Shown piece after piece: positions 40,101 to 51,900 of a stretch of DNA of 64,000 nt (its first letter is position 1; each line of letters begins with the position of its first letter). Below the pieces are notes generated by a model, which made no database searches, was not told the DNA's origin, and saw only the letters and a list, made by a program, of their open reading frames with translations. Source of the DNA: Lingula anatina (taxonomy: Eukaryota; Animalia; Brachiopoda). Where the stretch lies: the NCBI GenBank assembly GCA_051362555.1, contig CM120640.1, positions 36,847,967 to 36,911,966 of the forward strand, in the 5' to 3' direction. The position numbers and the translations under genes are program-made.

Positions 40101-43100
40101 GGAAGTCATATACTGGCAATCTATATGTGACCTTAAAATTGACCTTTGACCTACTTTTCACCATGAATTGAACTTTGCAAATTTTTCTTCCCTTTTATCT
40201 CCAAAACTGGCAGAGATAGGTCCGTAGTTACTATTGAACTTGAATATGAAGTCATATACTGGCAATCTATATGTGACCTTAAAATTGACCTTTGACCTAC
40301 TTTTCACCATGAACTGAACTTTGCAAATTTTGCTTCCCTTTTATCTCCAAAACTGGCAGAGATAGGTCCATAGTTACTATTGAACTTGAATAGGAAGTCA
40401 TATACTGGCAATCTAAATGTGACCTTAAAATTGACCTTTGACCTACTTTACACCATGAACTGAATTTTGCAAATTTTGCTTTTCTTTTATCTCCAAAACT
40501 GGCTGAGATAGGTCCGTAGTTACTATTGAACTTGAATAGAAAGTCATATACTGGCAATCTAAATGTGACCTTGAAATTGACCTTTGACCTACTTTTCACC
40601 ATGAATTGAACTTTGCAAATTTTGCTTTCCTTTTATCTCCAAAACTGGCAGAGATAGGTCCGTAGTTACTATTGAACTTGAATAGGAAGTCATATACTGG
40701 CAATCTATATGTGACCTTAAAATTGACCTTTGACCTACTTTTCACCATGAATTGAACTTTGCAAATTTTGCTTTCCTTTTATCTCCAAAACTGGCAGAGA
40801 TAGGTCCGTAGTTACTATTGAACTTGAATAGAAGTCATATACTGGCAATCTAAATGTGACCTTAAAATTGACCTTTGACCTACTTTTCACCATAAACTGA
40901 ACTTTGCAAATTTTGCTTCCCTTTTATCTCCAAAACTGGCAGAGATAGGTCCATAGTTACTATTGAACTTGAATAGGAAGTCATATACTGGCAATCTAAA
41001 TGTGACCTTAAAATTGACCTTTGACCTACTTTTCACCATGAACTGAACTTTGCAAATTTTGCTTTCCTTTTGTCTCCAAAACTGGCAGAGATAGGTCCAT
41101 AGTTACTCTTGAACTTGAATAGGAAGTCATATACTGGCAATTTACTATGACCTTGAAATTGACCCTTGACCTATCTTACGAAGAACTTAAATTTGATTGT
41201 ACCATATATATTTTTTGCAAAAGTTTAAAAATTCTTGTTGATTGCATTTTTACAGCTTGTCAAGCACAAAACTGGTGGCTGTGTCCCTTATTTTGTGTAT
41301 GTGGGGGTCTATACGAATGCGCTTGCTCCAGCTGGTGGTACAATATTCGGAGGCGGTATCGCCTCTCTGATCCTCTAGTTCACATATATTGTTTCCACAT
41401 TCATCCCTGGTAAAAATTCCAGGTGGAATTCATAATGTCCTTTTAACTGAAAACAAAAAGAGACTGCCATAAATGAAAAATGCCTGGACTTGAGGAATAA
41501 GACTTTAGGACAGATTTTACTCAAAATTATTATCTTGTGATATAAAATTAGTTACAGCATTCAAACAAAATAGTTGATAAAATGGTTTTTAGCATAGAAC
41601 ATTACATTTAGTGTATTTTTATTGTAGATCATTAATTTCAGCAGTGACAATTCTAAGAATAAGCAAAAGCTGGTGTTTGCTCTCTTCAAACAATTTTCAG
41701 TAATATTTAACCTCATTGTCAATAATATATCATTGAACTGTTGATTTTCCAGGCAGATTACAGTACTTTGAGGCAACAGTATGACAGTCTGAAGTACAGT
41801 TTAAGTGGTAAACATAAGAAAACAACCTTGGAACTAAAGCAGCAATTGTAAGTTGGTACACAGATTTAAACAAAACATTTTTGTTCAACCTGTTTATACT
41901 TACTGTTTATAAGAATTTGAGCCTTTAGAAATAAAGTACTCATTATTATTTCAGTATACAATATGGTGTATCATATACTGAAATTGCCAGCACAGTACAA
42001 TGAGAGATGCCTGAATTTTTGTTTTCCACTTCATATTTCCAATGTAACGTTTTTTTTTCTTTTTCTTTTTTCAGAGACCATTTCATGAGTGAAAAAAATA
42101 AATTGAGCCTTCAAGTGCAAAACCTCACAGCAGACCTTGAACAGGCTCGAGACTTGGTGGCAGTCAAAAACAAAGAAAATTTGAAGATGCATAAGGAACA
42201 TCTCAGTCTCCAGGAGAAGTTAAGTGAGGCTAAGAGTCAGCTGAGGGAGCTGCAGGACCAGGTGCTAGTGGAAGCCGACCTCAGGAAAAAGCTGGACAAA
42301 AGGTAATGAAAACATGCCCAAAACTATGAGGTTTTCATTTATTGGTTGTTTTATAAGTCTGTTGTGTAGGCATGCACTGCATTTCATCTTTTTGAAATAT
42401 CAAAAGGATTCCTAACTTACTACGGGAAATGTGCACTTTCCTTGCTGTGGACATAACTTCATTTAGCAAAATTTCCAAGAAACACATCATTGTATTATTG
42501 TGAATATTTAAACATTGATATTACATCTCTTATTTTATTTTCAGGAACAATGACTTGGAGGATGATCTTATGAAACTACAACTTGTTGTTGGAAAGTTAG
42601 ATCAAGATGATGAAGATACCAAAGACAGCAAAACTGATGACAGTATCAAGTAAGCACTATCACCTATGCCACACATAATATGTTTTTAGTATTTAGGTAA
42701 CATTGGTCCCATACTTACCCTTGGACAGGGGCAATTCCGAAAATTCATCACTGTGTTTAGCTTTGAAGGTGATTATACTCTGATGTAAAATGGTAAATGC
42801 GCACCCTTGTTATATTTATTAGCCGGACTGCATGATATCAATGCCAAAGCCCACATATTTTGTGATGTAATTTAAACAACTTTTCCATAAACACCCATGT
42901 ATACCCTATTCAAATACCTATGAAAAATACTATGCAATATATATGATTTTCTTTTCTGAGAGCACAGTTTGCAGGCCCGTAGCCAGCAATTTCAAAGGGG
43001 GGGGTTCTTTTTCTGAAAAAGTGGACCTTTTACCATATAATCCCCATGTACCTAGGTCCAATTTTACCCAGAGTGGACCTTTTTCCAGCAAAAAGGGGGG

Positions 43101-44633
43101 TTCTTTCGAACCCCCCTGGCTACGGGCCTGGTTTGATACATGTATCTTGGCAACATTTCTTTCAGTCCACTGAATACAATTTGGTTTATGTACTGCAGCT
43201 CTCTCAAAATGTGATCAAGAGTAACCTGACTGTGACACAACTCATTGCCCACTTCCCTAAGTAAACTTTAAAAATAACTAGTGTTCAATTAAATCCTGCT
43301 TGGCTTATAACAAGTCATTTACAAGTATACATTTTGTTGCACTTTCTAGGGCAGAAATTATCAGAATGCTGCAAGAGCTTAGCTTACAGCTGCACCTCCA
43401 ACAAGAAACTAGAAGCCATAACGGTGACAATGCAAAAGAAATGCAGCTGCTTGAAATGTACAAGAACAAGGTAAAATCTATAGACAGATGGGTATTAACA
43501 TTTTATGACACCATGATAAATGCACATATGATAATGGTATAATTATAGTATTTATATTTGGTTTTCTTTTTGCCCCACAATTTTGTTACTGTTAAATCTG
43601 GAAGGTACATATACAGTTTTACTGTAGATTTGCTAGACTCATCTAATATGTCATTTATGGGCCTGAGGTCAGGTGTGAAGTTCAGGTTAGTTGAGTAATT
43701 TTTACAGCAGTTGTTTATTTATTTTTTTTTTTATCTGGTGTTTGTTGTAATTTTCTTTACTTTTTGCATTTAGATTGATGGTTTTGAAATGGAGCTGTCC
43801 AGTGAGAGAGCCATGCACTCCCTTACCAAGGCACAGCTCCGCTCTCTGGAGGAAGACAATCAGAGACTTAGGATTCAGATGGCGCAAATCAAAAAGATGA
43901 GGAATACCACTATTGACAAGTAAGTTTATGTCTAACAGCCATTGCAGTTGGAATAAAAGGGAGATTTTAGTATAACAAAACTCGGGAGGATTGGTGGATG
44001 GGGGAGTGGGAGGGGTCAAATTGCTCTGCCATTTTTTCAGTAATTTGGATCCATCTTGTCATACATATGTTTTTTCATGATGTAGAAATATGTTATCAGG
44101 ATGGGGTATTTAATTTCCGTCTCTTCTAATGAAACTCACAAATAGTCAAAAACATTTTTGAAGGAGTGTTTTTGATACCCATCAATTTTTGGGCATAAAA
44201 TCTTTAACTTTAGAATATGTTTTTCTTTGTAACCTGAAATACCTGAACAGTTATATGTAGGAGATTTTTTCATGAACCCCTTATTGAAGTCAATGTGTAC
44301 TTAAGCTAAATGAAAAATCAAGCACTTTAAAATGCCTTGTGGCATTTTATCTAACAATTATATATTATACCTTCTTTTCTCTTCAGGTCTAATAAAACTC
44401 ACCTTGAAGAAATCAACGACATCATAGCAAGGTCACAAACAAGAGCCAAAGCCATGTTACCAACAGGAGAATTTAATCTCAGTATGACGGGCAGAGATGG
44501 AGATAATGCAGCAATGGCTGGCACTCTTCAGGGACTGGATTACTCACTAAAAATGAATGAATTTGACAGGATTCGGAGCCCCTTGAATAGTGGTGTAATG
44601 GTGGAAACATCACCAGGCAACATATATGAATGA
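23041..44633 (+). CDS. Large multi-exon coiled-coil protein (over 1000 aa), family not recognised
   Basis: Exons checked at both ends chain in frame from MNEDKEENASN (ATG 23041) via 23674, 24132, 24827, 25220, 25647, 26101 and 26514, and into a last exon 44388-44633 (...SPGNIYE*). Internal exons encode E/K/Q/L heptad-rich peptides (e.g. LERQLADAQHRVEQTEDDL, LEEDNQRLRIQMAQ). No catalytic motif seen. Confidence 0.85.
31084..31308. mobile_element. Tourist/PIF-Harbinger-like MITE
   Basis: TTA TSD on both sides (31081-31083, 31309-31311); imperfect TIRs GACCCCATTTCCATAGATTTTAGATTGATC / GATCGATCTAAATCTCTGGGAATGCACCC. Confidence 0.7.
33425..33575. repeat. Degenerate ~28-bp minisatellite (CCATTGTTGCAATGTAACTATGGTAACT-like)
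   Basis: Recurring ATTGTTGCAA and GGTAACTCC motifs. Confidence 0.6.
35850..35990. repeat. Degenerate ~30-bp minisatellite (GAAACAGAACAGTACCACTACAGAT-like)
   Basis: Recurring GAAACAGAACAGT, GTACTATGAAACA and GTACCACTACAGAT. Confidence 0.55.
37129..37170. repeat. (CT)n microsatellite
   Basis: Direct run just after a splice donor. Confidence 0.9.
39068..41380 (+). mobile_element. Non-autonomous Helentron-associated element (HINE/DINE-1-like) carrying a satellite array
   Basis: 5' subTIR TATTGTACCACCAGC (39069-39083) with adjacent partial inverted repeat CGCTGGCGGTAC; GC-rich short repeat; perfect 3' subTIR GCTGGTGGTACAATA (41331-41345); hairpin GAGGCG-GTAT-CGCCTC; ends CTAG-TT; no TSD. Confidence 0.8.
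40048..41173. repeat. Tandem array of ~7.7 x 146-bp units inside the HINE
   Basis: Unit marker ATCTCCAAAACTGG at 40051, 40197, 40343, 40489, 40635, 40781, 40926 and 41072 (GTCTCC variant); units are nearly identical. Confidence 0.95.
42972..43130. mobile_element. 159-bp hAT-like MITE with a 5-bp TSD
   Basis: Perfect 15-bp TIR CAGGCCCGTAGCCAG / CTGGCTACGGGCCTG; GTTTG duplicated at 42967-42971 and 43131-43135. Confidence 0.85.
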
Positions 44634-45695
44634 AATGAGACTTGACACGAGACTCATTCGATAAATACTTGCAAGATTGTACTCTAGCAGGTGCCCAATA
44701 ACTGCTGACTTTTCCTTTGAATTGCATCCATTTCACACTCATTACTCATTCCAAAGACACTTAAAATATGCATTACATACATCCTCACTCATTTTGTCAT
44801 CTTTTTAATGGTTCAAAATTCATTCATATTTTTTGATACAATAACTGATATTTTTGCCTTTTGCATAGAATGCTGTTGACTGCTTTTATTTCTGATATAT
44901 CAAGTCAAACAAATGCATTTATGATATTGACTTTTTCCTTTTTATTAAATCTTATCATAGAGATGCAAATTTTGAAATCAGGTTGGGAAAGCAGGGTGTC
45001 ATATAATTTATCTTTTGTGACAAGATATTATCTTGAGAAATGTATATTTTGTGAAGGACAATGTTGTTGACAAAAGGAAGTGTCATATTGATATTCTAAA
45101 AAAAATGTAATGTTGATGTGGTATTTTGTTTAAAACTAGCAATAATTTTTTCCATAACATGATGTAGCCTAGAAAGCTAGGAATAGAACAGGTTTTACTT
45201 CCCTTATCTTGTTATTTAATACTCAGTACTTTTGTAGATTTTCCATTGTACATATACACAATTTCACATCAAATGTAAAAAACAGAATTAAAACTTTATA
45301 AGAAAACAACTAAAATTTCTTGTCTCTTTTCATCCTGTCAAGGTGGGCAAAGCTTTCTCAAAAAGAAAGTCTTAAAATTTGTAGTCATTTTGCTCTAAAG
45401 AACCCGTAAAACATAGCAATTTTCTTTTTTACTATCAAGAGATAATGGACAAAAGCCACGGGGCCTTGTAACTTGTTTTCATTTAGCATGGGTTCACTTG
45501 AGGTATAAACTTGTAAAAACTTGTAGAAAGTGAACTGCAATAAATTGACTGACCATGAAGTACTTATAAACTGCTGAGCTTTCAAACGTTGATTGACAAA
45601 TAAAGAGAAGGAATGGATGATACTGGTTCATATTCACCTCAAAACTAATTTAAGTGTATGTTATGAAAATAAATGTGTTCCTTGTACTAGGAGGG

Positions 45696-48600
45696 TTACG
45701 CTGGTTTACACAGTAAATCCAACACCATGTGATCAACGTGTGGTGCATAAGACTTGACATGCTCTAAGTGAAGTATCTCTGTTTTCCACTGACCTCCATG
45801 TGTATTATGTAAAATGTCTCTGATCTGATCAGCTGTCATTACAGCCCATGTTTTCCACTGGTGTAATAACTTTTTATTACAAATTATTGATGTATTGTTT
45901 GAAGTAGCTCTTTCATCATAACCATTGTGCTGTTTAACATGCTCTCCAGTCAAACTTTTTCCTAAATGTTTTGAGCCACAAAGGCATGTGACTGGAACAG
46001 ACATTCCTGTTAAGCTGGGAGACCCAGTGTCTTTTGCTATATCCACAGAATTACACTCGTTACTTTCAGCCATGTTCTGAAGAGTGTTCTCCATTGATTT
46101 GGTGTTTTCACACCTTTGTAATCCACCAGCAATTTGAGAAATACCAAAACCTGGGCCACTTTTAGTCTTATTGCAAGGGCAGACACCTGTTGAATAACAT
46201 TGAGACCATTGCAACTGAAGATGCTCTTGTGCTGATGTTTCATTTAAGTCACCATTTCCATGTTTTCTAATAGGATTAGCTGTTTCTTTTCTAGAATCAT
46301 TCCTGTGTTCAGAAGTCTTGGTTTCAACATTGTGGTGTATATGTAGTATTCCTCCTGAGTGTGACTTCAGTGCTGCACATGCTACTGGCCATCCCTCCTC
46401 CGAGCTGGGAATCAACCCAAGGTTTACCCTGTCTGCAACACCCTTAGGACATACCTTGAACAACAGCAGATATAACATATAACAGTATAAGGTGATTGCA
46501 AATAAACTCCTGAAAACGTGTTTATCTGGGCTCACACTTGTATTTGCTTTTCAGTCAAGACTACCTTATAGAAAATACCATTCCATAAAAAGTTTTAATC
46601 TATGATCAATTGTCAAACAAAATAATTAAATACTTTACTTAAATAAAAATATCTTTGCCATATTATTCACACATTAAATATATTACTGCACTTGCAACAA
46701 CAAAAAAATATATTGCCTACTTGTCTGTTGTCTCCCTGATGAACAATACACCTCTCTGCCACTCCATTCAGATGTAGGTTCTTCCTCAATGCATCTGCTG
46801 CATCTGGATTCCACTCACAGGCATGAACCAGCCTGGCTTTGGCATGGATCAAGTATGGCAAAGTGAAGTAACCTATGCCTGGATCACGTAACAAATAATT
46901 TATTACTTTCATTGGTAAGTGTGACTGTTTTCTTCCAATCCTTGAAAAGTTACTGGTGTGATAATCTGTATGTATCAGAGCTTAGTTGAGACTTTACAAG
47001 GAAGGCAACAGTTATATCTAATCCCTTGTCTTTATTGCAACTGCAAACAGCAAAATTATAACTGCTAAATTACAACAACTTCACAGTGCTTGTGTAGGTT
47101 ATAACCAATGTGTGTAAATAGTTTAATGGCTAAATTAAAATAAAGATTAATCTATTTTCTTTTCTAATTGGAAAGACTTTATCGTTTCTGAAAACCTCAT
47201 GGTATATCCTTGGTAAAATCATTGTTTTCCCTCACATCTAAAAATCATCTCAATTGCCCAAAAAGCTTTACCTGCATATAAATCCACAACAGTCTCTCCC
47301 TCACAGTGGAAGTGAGCCACTCTTAGTTTCTCTGTAATGTTTCCTGCACTAAACATACACCTGGTAACATCATAGCTGTACCTGGAAACAACAGTCACAC
47401 AAGAATATGATACATGTAGCGAATAAATACAAACAGGGTATACAGACTTCAACTGTAACTTTCTTTTACACCCTTTTATCAAACTTTAAATTTCCTGATA
47501 TTCAGCCACTTCATGACATTTGCTACTTGTACAGCAATCTTAAGGAGTACAAACTGTGTTACTGTGTGAAATTATATTTATTTCCCTCTCAAGAAAGAAA
47601 TCCAAAAATAATGACATCTCACTTGATATGATTGTCAATGTGAGTGACCCATCCATCCTTTCCAAGCAGCAGTTCTACCTGTGGAGTCCGGAAACCATCT
47701 TGGGATATAATTGACTTCTTAGCAAGTCTTTTGGCACCAAGGATTCTTGCCACAGTCTCCCACAACTGTGGACCTGAAATCAAATATGTACACTGACCAT
47801 TACTATATGTACAAACATAATTGTTACATGCTGGTATGAATTTTTCACATCCAGATACCAAACTAAAAAGCTGATGTTTATCTAAATTGTTTAAAAACAA
47901 CTTGCAAATATATTCACTTTGAGGAAAAGTGCAAAGAAACATTACTAACATCATAGTGACACACTAATATTTAGGAATTATTTACCACAATGTCTCCAAA
48001 AATCATTTTTGAAACAATGATCTGGCAGAACCACCATGTCTCCATGCTTTTCCCAGTGTTTAGGAATATCATCTTCCCATGTTTCACTATCTCTAACCCC
48101 TGCACTCTTCTTTTCATTATTCACTATTGCCAATAGATTGCCTAATGTTTCCCGGAGATGCTCCCAAGGTGGCTTTAACAAGTCCTTTTTTGAAGGTGAA
48201 AGATTGATTACATCAAGCGTGTACTCAATAGACGCTGGTAGCCCCCCTGTGGTCAGGGTCAGCATCTTGTAAGCTTCACTGGTAATGGGAATGGCCACCA
48301 GATCTTCGTCAATCTTTTTCAGACTATACCGGCTGTCCCATAATCTGCCAATTTCCAAATGTTTCCTTTAAGAAAAATAAAATAAATCAATAAAGGATAA
48401 CTACCCCCCCCCTCCAAAAAGATGTAATAATTAAGTAGAATGTTAATTTCATAATTAAATTATTTTAATGGAGAAACAAGACTCTAACTGTTGAGAGCAG
48501 GTGATATGACTGTGAGATGTGAACCCTGTTTTTTGCCGTGCGATAGTTATGGCAAGGAAGCAAGAAAGGTCTCTGTTTCGGATTTACAAAGTAATTTTTA

Positions 48601-48831
48601 TGTCAGAAGTTGCAGTACTTACACTACAGACAATTACAGTAGCCACACAAACAAAAGTCAAGAGCATCATAATTTGAAATAATTTCACGGGTAAAAAACT
48701 AATAAACAAATGAAATATAACAGTGTCTTTCAGTCACCACCTGTCCTTTCAACTAAGGTCGTCACATACCTCACAGTTTGTGCAGATGTCTTTGGAATAA
48801 TAACAACAGGTACACCTGTGGGCGCTGACAT
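45696..48831 (-). CDS. TRMT12: tRNA wybutosine-synthesizing protein 2 (TYW2/TRMT12), 6 coding exons
   Basis: ATG 48831 MSAPTGVPVVIIPKTSAQTVR|KHLE...; motifs IPKHWEKHGDMVVL, YSYDVTRCMFSAGNITEKLRVA, VVDLYAGIGYFTLPYL, ACEWNPDA, ADRVNLGLIPSSEEGWPVAC, HVKSYAPHVDHMVLDL. Confidence 0.93.
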
Positions 48832-48950
48832 ATTGGATCTCGCGAGATTCTCTTGCTAGAGCGCCATCTATCACAGTTTAGGTTAACGTTCCTCACGAAG
48901 TGCTTTGTTTTCACGTTGGTTTGTGCTATCTTTGACTTAAGATCCCTAAA
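48832..48950. promoter_or_regulatory. 119-bp bidirectional promoter interval between the TRMT12 and G-gamma start codons
   Basis: Divergent ATGs at 48831 (-) and 48951 (+); palindrome ATCTCGCGAGAT 48837-48848 (CGCG element TCTCGCGAGA); GCGCCATCTA ~48861-48870. Confidence 0.75.
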
Positions 48951-51900
48951 ATGTCAAGCCAGGTTCAAGCCCTCCAGAAACAAGTTGAGCAGCTTCGACA
49001 TGAAGCTTCTATACGCCGCATTCCTGTGTCTCAAGCCATTCAAGAGTAAGTGAATATTTTGCCTAGATCAGATACCGATCGATTCGACTGAGTCAGTATG
49101 AGAACATCTTCAGCTAGACAGACAGGCATCAAATTTTGATAATTAAAAACACAGAGTTTCATTGGAGAATTAACCATTATCCACTTGAAGACTATAACAA
49201 ACATAGATTTCATATATGACGTAATTTCAAAGTGTTGCAGTAGAACCTCAAAGGAGGTTTTTAAAATTAATGCTTTGAATTTTAATTTAAAAGAGCTGGA
49301 TGGGTCTGGTGCCGTTTGTAAATGCATCCATGGGTGTATTTTACTTTATCTAAGCCCTCCACAATATCTGGGAATAGTAAGGTGATAGTTAATATTCAGT
49401 GTGAATACAATTCAATGAGGAACAGAGATGACGTAAGGGGTCACCACCTCCCCCATTCTTAAAAATGTTGCATGGACTGCAAACAGCATAGTTACAATTT
49501 TGTACTTGGGTTCAGTGGCCATTTGATTCTGTTCTGTTGTGGTCTTGTGATTATAAACATTTGTTTAATTAGTTGATGAACTTACAAACTGCATTAAGTT
49601 ATCTTTATAATTGTCGTAATATCATAATAATTGTCATTACTGCAATACAAAAAATAATAAATAGAGAAATAAATAAACCATAAAATAAAATTAAGATAAA
49701 TAGATAATTGAAATTAGTTATTCATTGTATATTTAACAAGTCTGTTAAATATGCCATACATCATGATACATTCATACATACAAGTGCAGGTTGTGAAACA
49801 CCAATACCACCCCCAAATGATAAAGATTGAAAATTTAAAGAAGATCCAAGGAAAATGTGTCCTTATAAGCCCATCTTCTCTTGATGATGTGGTTTGCACC
49901 CTTCCTTTGAAATTTGAAAGTCATGGATTTCAGTCACAATATTTGAAAAGGCAAAGCCCTTATTAATAATGCTTGCTGATATTCTATGGTCAACTTCTTG
50001 TACAGTATGGAAAGATTTAAGCAATATTATAGGACAACATTTTCAATGATAAGCACAAATAAAATTTTCTTCTCTCAAAGCAGCACATGTGAAATGGGTT
50101 AACAGGATGAGTAAGGCATTCTGATTATGGAACAATTGAGTCACACCACACCAGGTCATTTCAAAAAACATTATGAAAATTACACCCATAATCTCTTTGC
50201 TAAGCACACAGAATATAGAATAAAAGCACTAAAGACATGGAAATGGTAGTTCTGGTAATAGTGCTTGAAAATTCTCAGTGTTGCATACTGTACATGTGGC
50301 AGCTTTAGGTTACTTGCTCCTTTGGGACAGGCATAAAGCTGGTTGACTTTGGTCATGGAGGGTATTCGTTTATAAACTGATCTTTACCTTTGCTAGTGTT
50401 AAATGAAATATATTGTGGCTTTCTCTGACTTTCAAGAAGCACCAATGAGATTGGCAAAATTCTACCAATTGAGGTCTGTGTAAATATTGCAAGCTTTTAC
50501 CCATTTCTCATTATCAGTTGTATTTTTAGGTTCACTTATATAAGATGGACAGAAATTCTAGAAAAAATTTCAAGATAGTTTCTTTTTGCATTAAATTGAC
50601 ATTTGTTTGTTTTTTCATTACATGAAATCGTTGCAGTAGGTCTTGCAAATCATGACCTACTGGAGTTTCTGCTGACAAACTCCACTGTATTGTGCAATTT
50701 ACATACTAGCCAGTATGCTTTTTTACCTTCTGTGAATGTCAAACGAAAAGTGCCAATTTTGGACTGCTCGTTCATCTCTCTTGCATGTCTTCTATCAGCA
50801 TTTTTGCATACATATTTTCAATTTCAGAGGGTAGATGTAGGGTAGATCTAGTTCAGCATTGAAAAAGTATGTACAATAGCTTTATCATTGCTATTCTCAT
50901 CATGGGCAGAGGATGTTAGCCATATTCATCACGTGGGTTCAATGCTTACTTGGTAGATTATTGACTTGAGTGAGTGAATTATTAACTATGTTGAAAGGTT
51001 TCATTGACTACTTCAATCTTCAAAAAAGCACTTTAACTGGCCTGTTGACATAGTGTAGTGTAGGATAGTGTAAATAAGACCACAGGATAGTTACATGCTG
51101 CCTTAGTTAATTCATTTTCAGAAGCCATCAATAAAAATTGATTTATTTACTTCAAATGGGCACAGTATGTAGTCTGAATAGTGCCATTGATGAAAACCAA
51201 TGAATTGAATATTTTAAAGTGAGCTAGAGATTATTTTAAAGACTTAAGCTTCTATTCTTAATTTTTCAGTCACTCAGACTGACTGATGTGAACTTTAAAC
51301 ACAAGATGCACCATTCAGTATATTTCTAATTCTAATAAGATATTTAATTCTATTTTCAGCTTAGCAAAGTTACAAAAAAATAAATAATTAATTAAGATTT
51401 AAAGACCAACACAAATAAAGGGGCAATATTTCATATCATCTAACTAAATACTTGATATATCATTCATTAGATTAAAAAATGATTAGTTTTAGCCATTAGA
51501 AAAATATCACATTAGGGTGCACACAACACAGGTGTGTTAATGAATTTTACTTGCTGCTTTGATCCCCTTCTAACATCTGATGCTGTTAGCTTGATCAATA
51601 CTTTGATTCCAAAAACATGAAACATGTTAGTTTGCGGAAGACATCTTGACTACTCATGCATTTATCTTTGGCTTCAACACCTAAAAAAATTCCCATCCAA
51701 ATAACACTTTCGGTTTCCTAGAAAAATTGCACAGTATAGTGAACGTGTGTGTTTATGTGTGTGTTGTTGAGGAGTTGATTCTCCTGTTTTATACAATTAT
51801 TTCTATTTTTCTTGTCAGCCAACACTGATGTTTCAAATGCATGTATAGTATGGGATTGATTACACAGAAAAAAATGACTATACATGCAAAAGAAATCATT

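Noticed and set aside
40048-41173. Regular repeat array resembling a CRISPR or a repetitive protein (ORF 40297-40602)
   Set aside because: Head-to-tail units without unique spacers, eukaryotic context, no cas genes; the ORF is incidental.
51550-51620. DPLLTS peptide resembling a dedicated G-gamma exon 2 for exon 1a
   Set aside because: No suitable acceptor, no NPF motif and no CAAX end.
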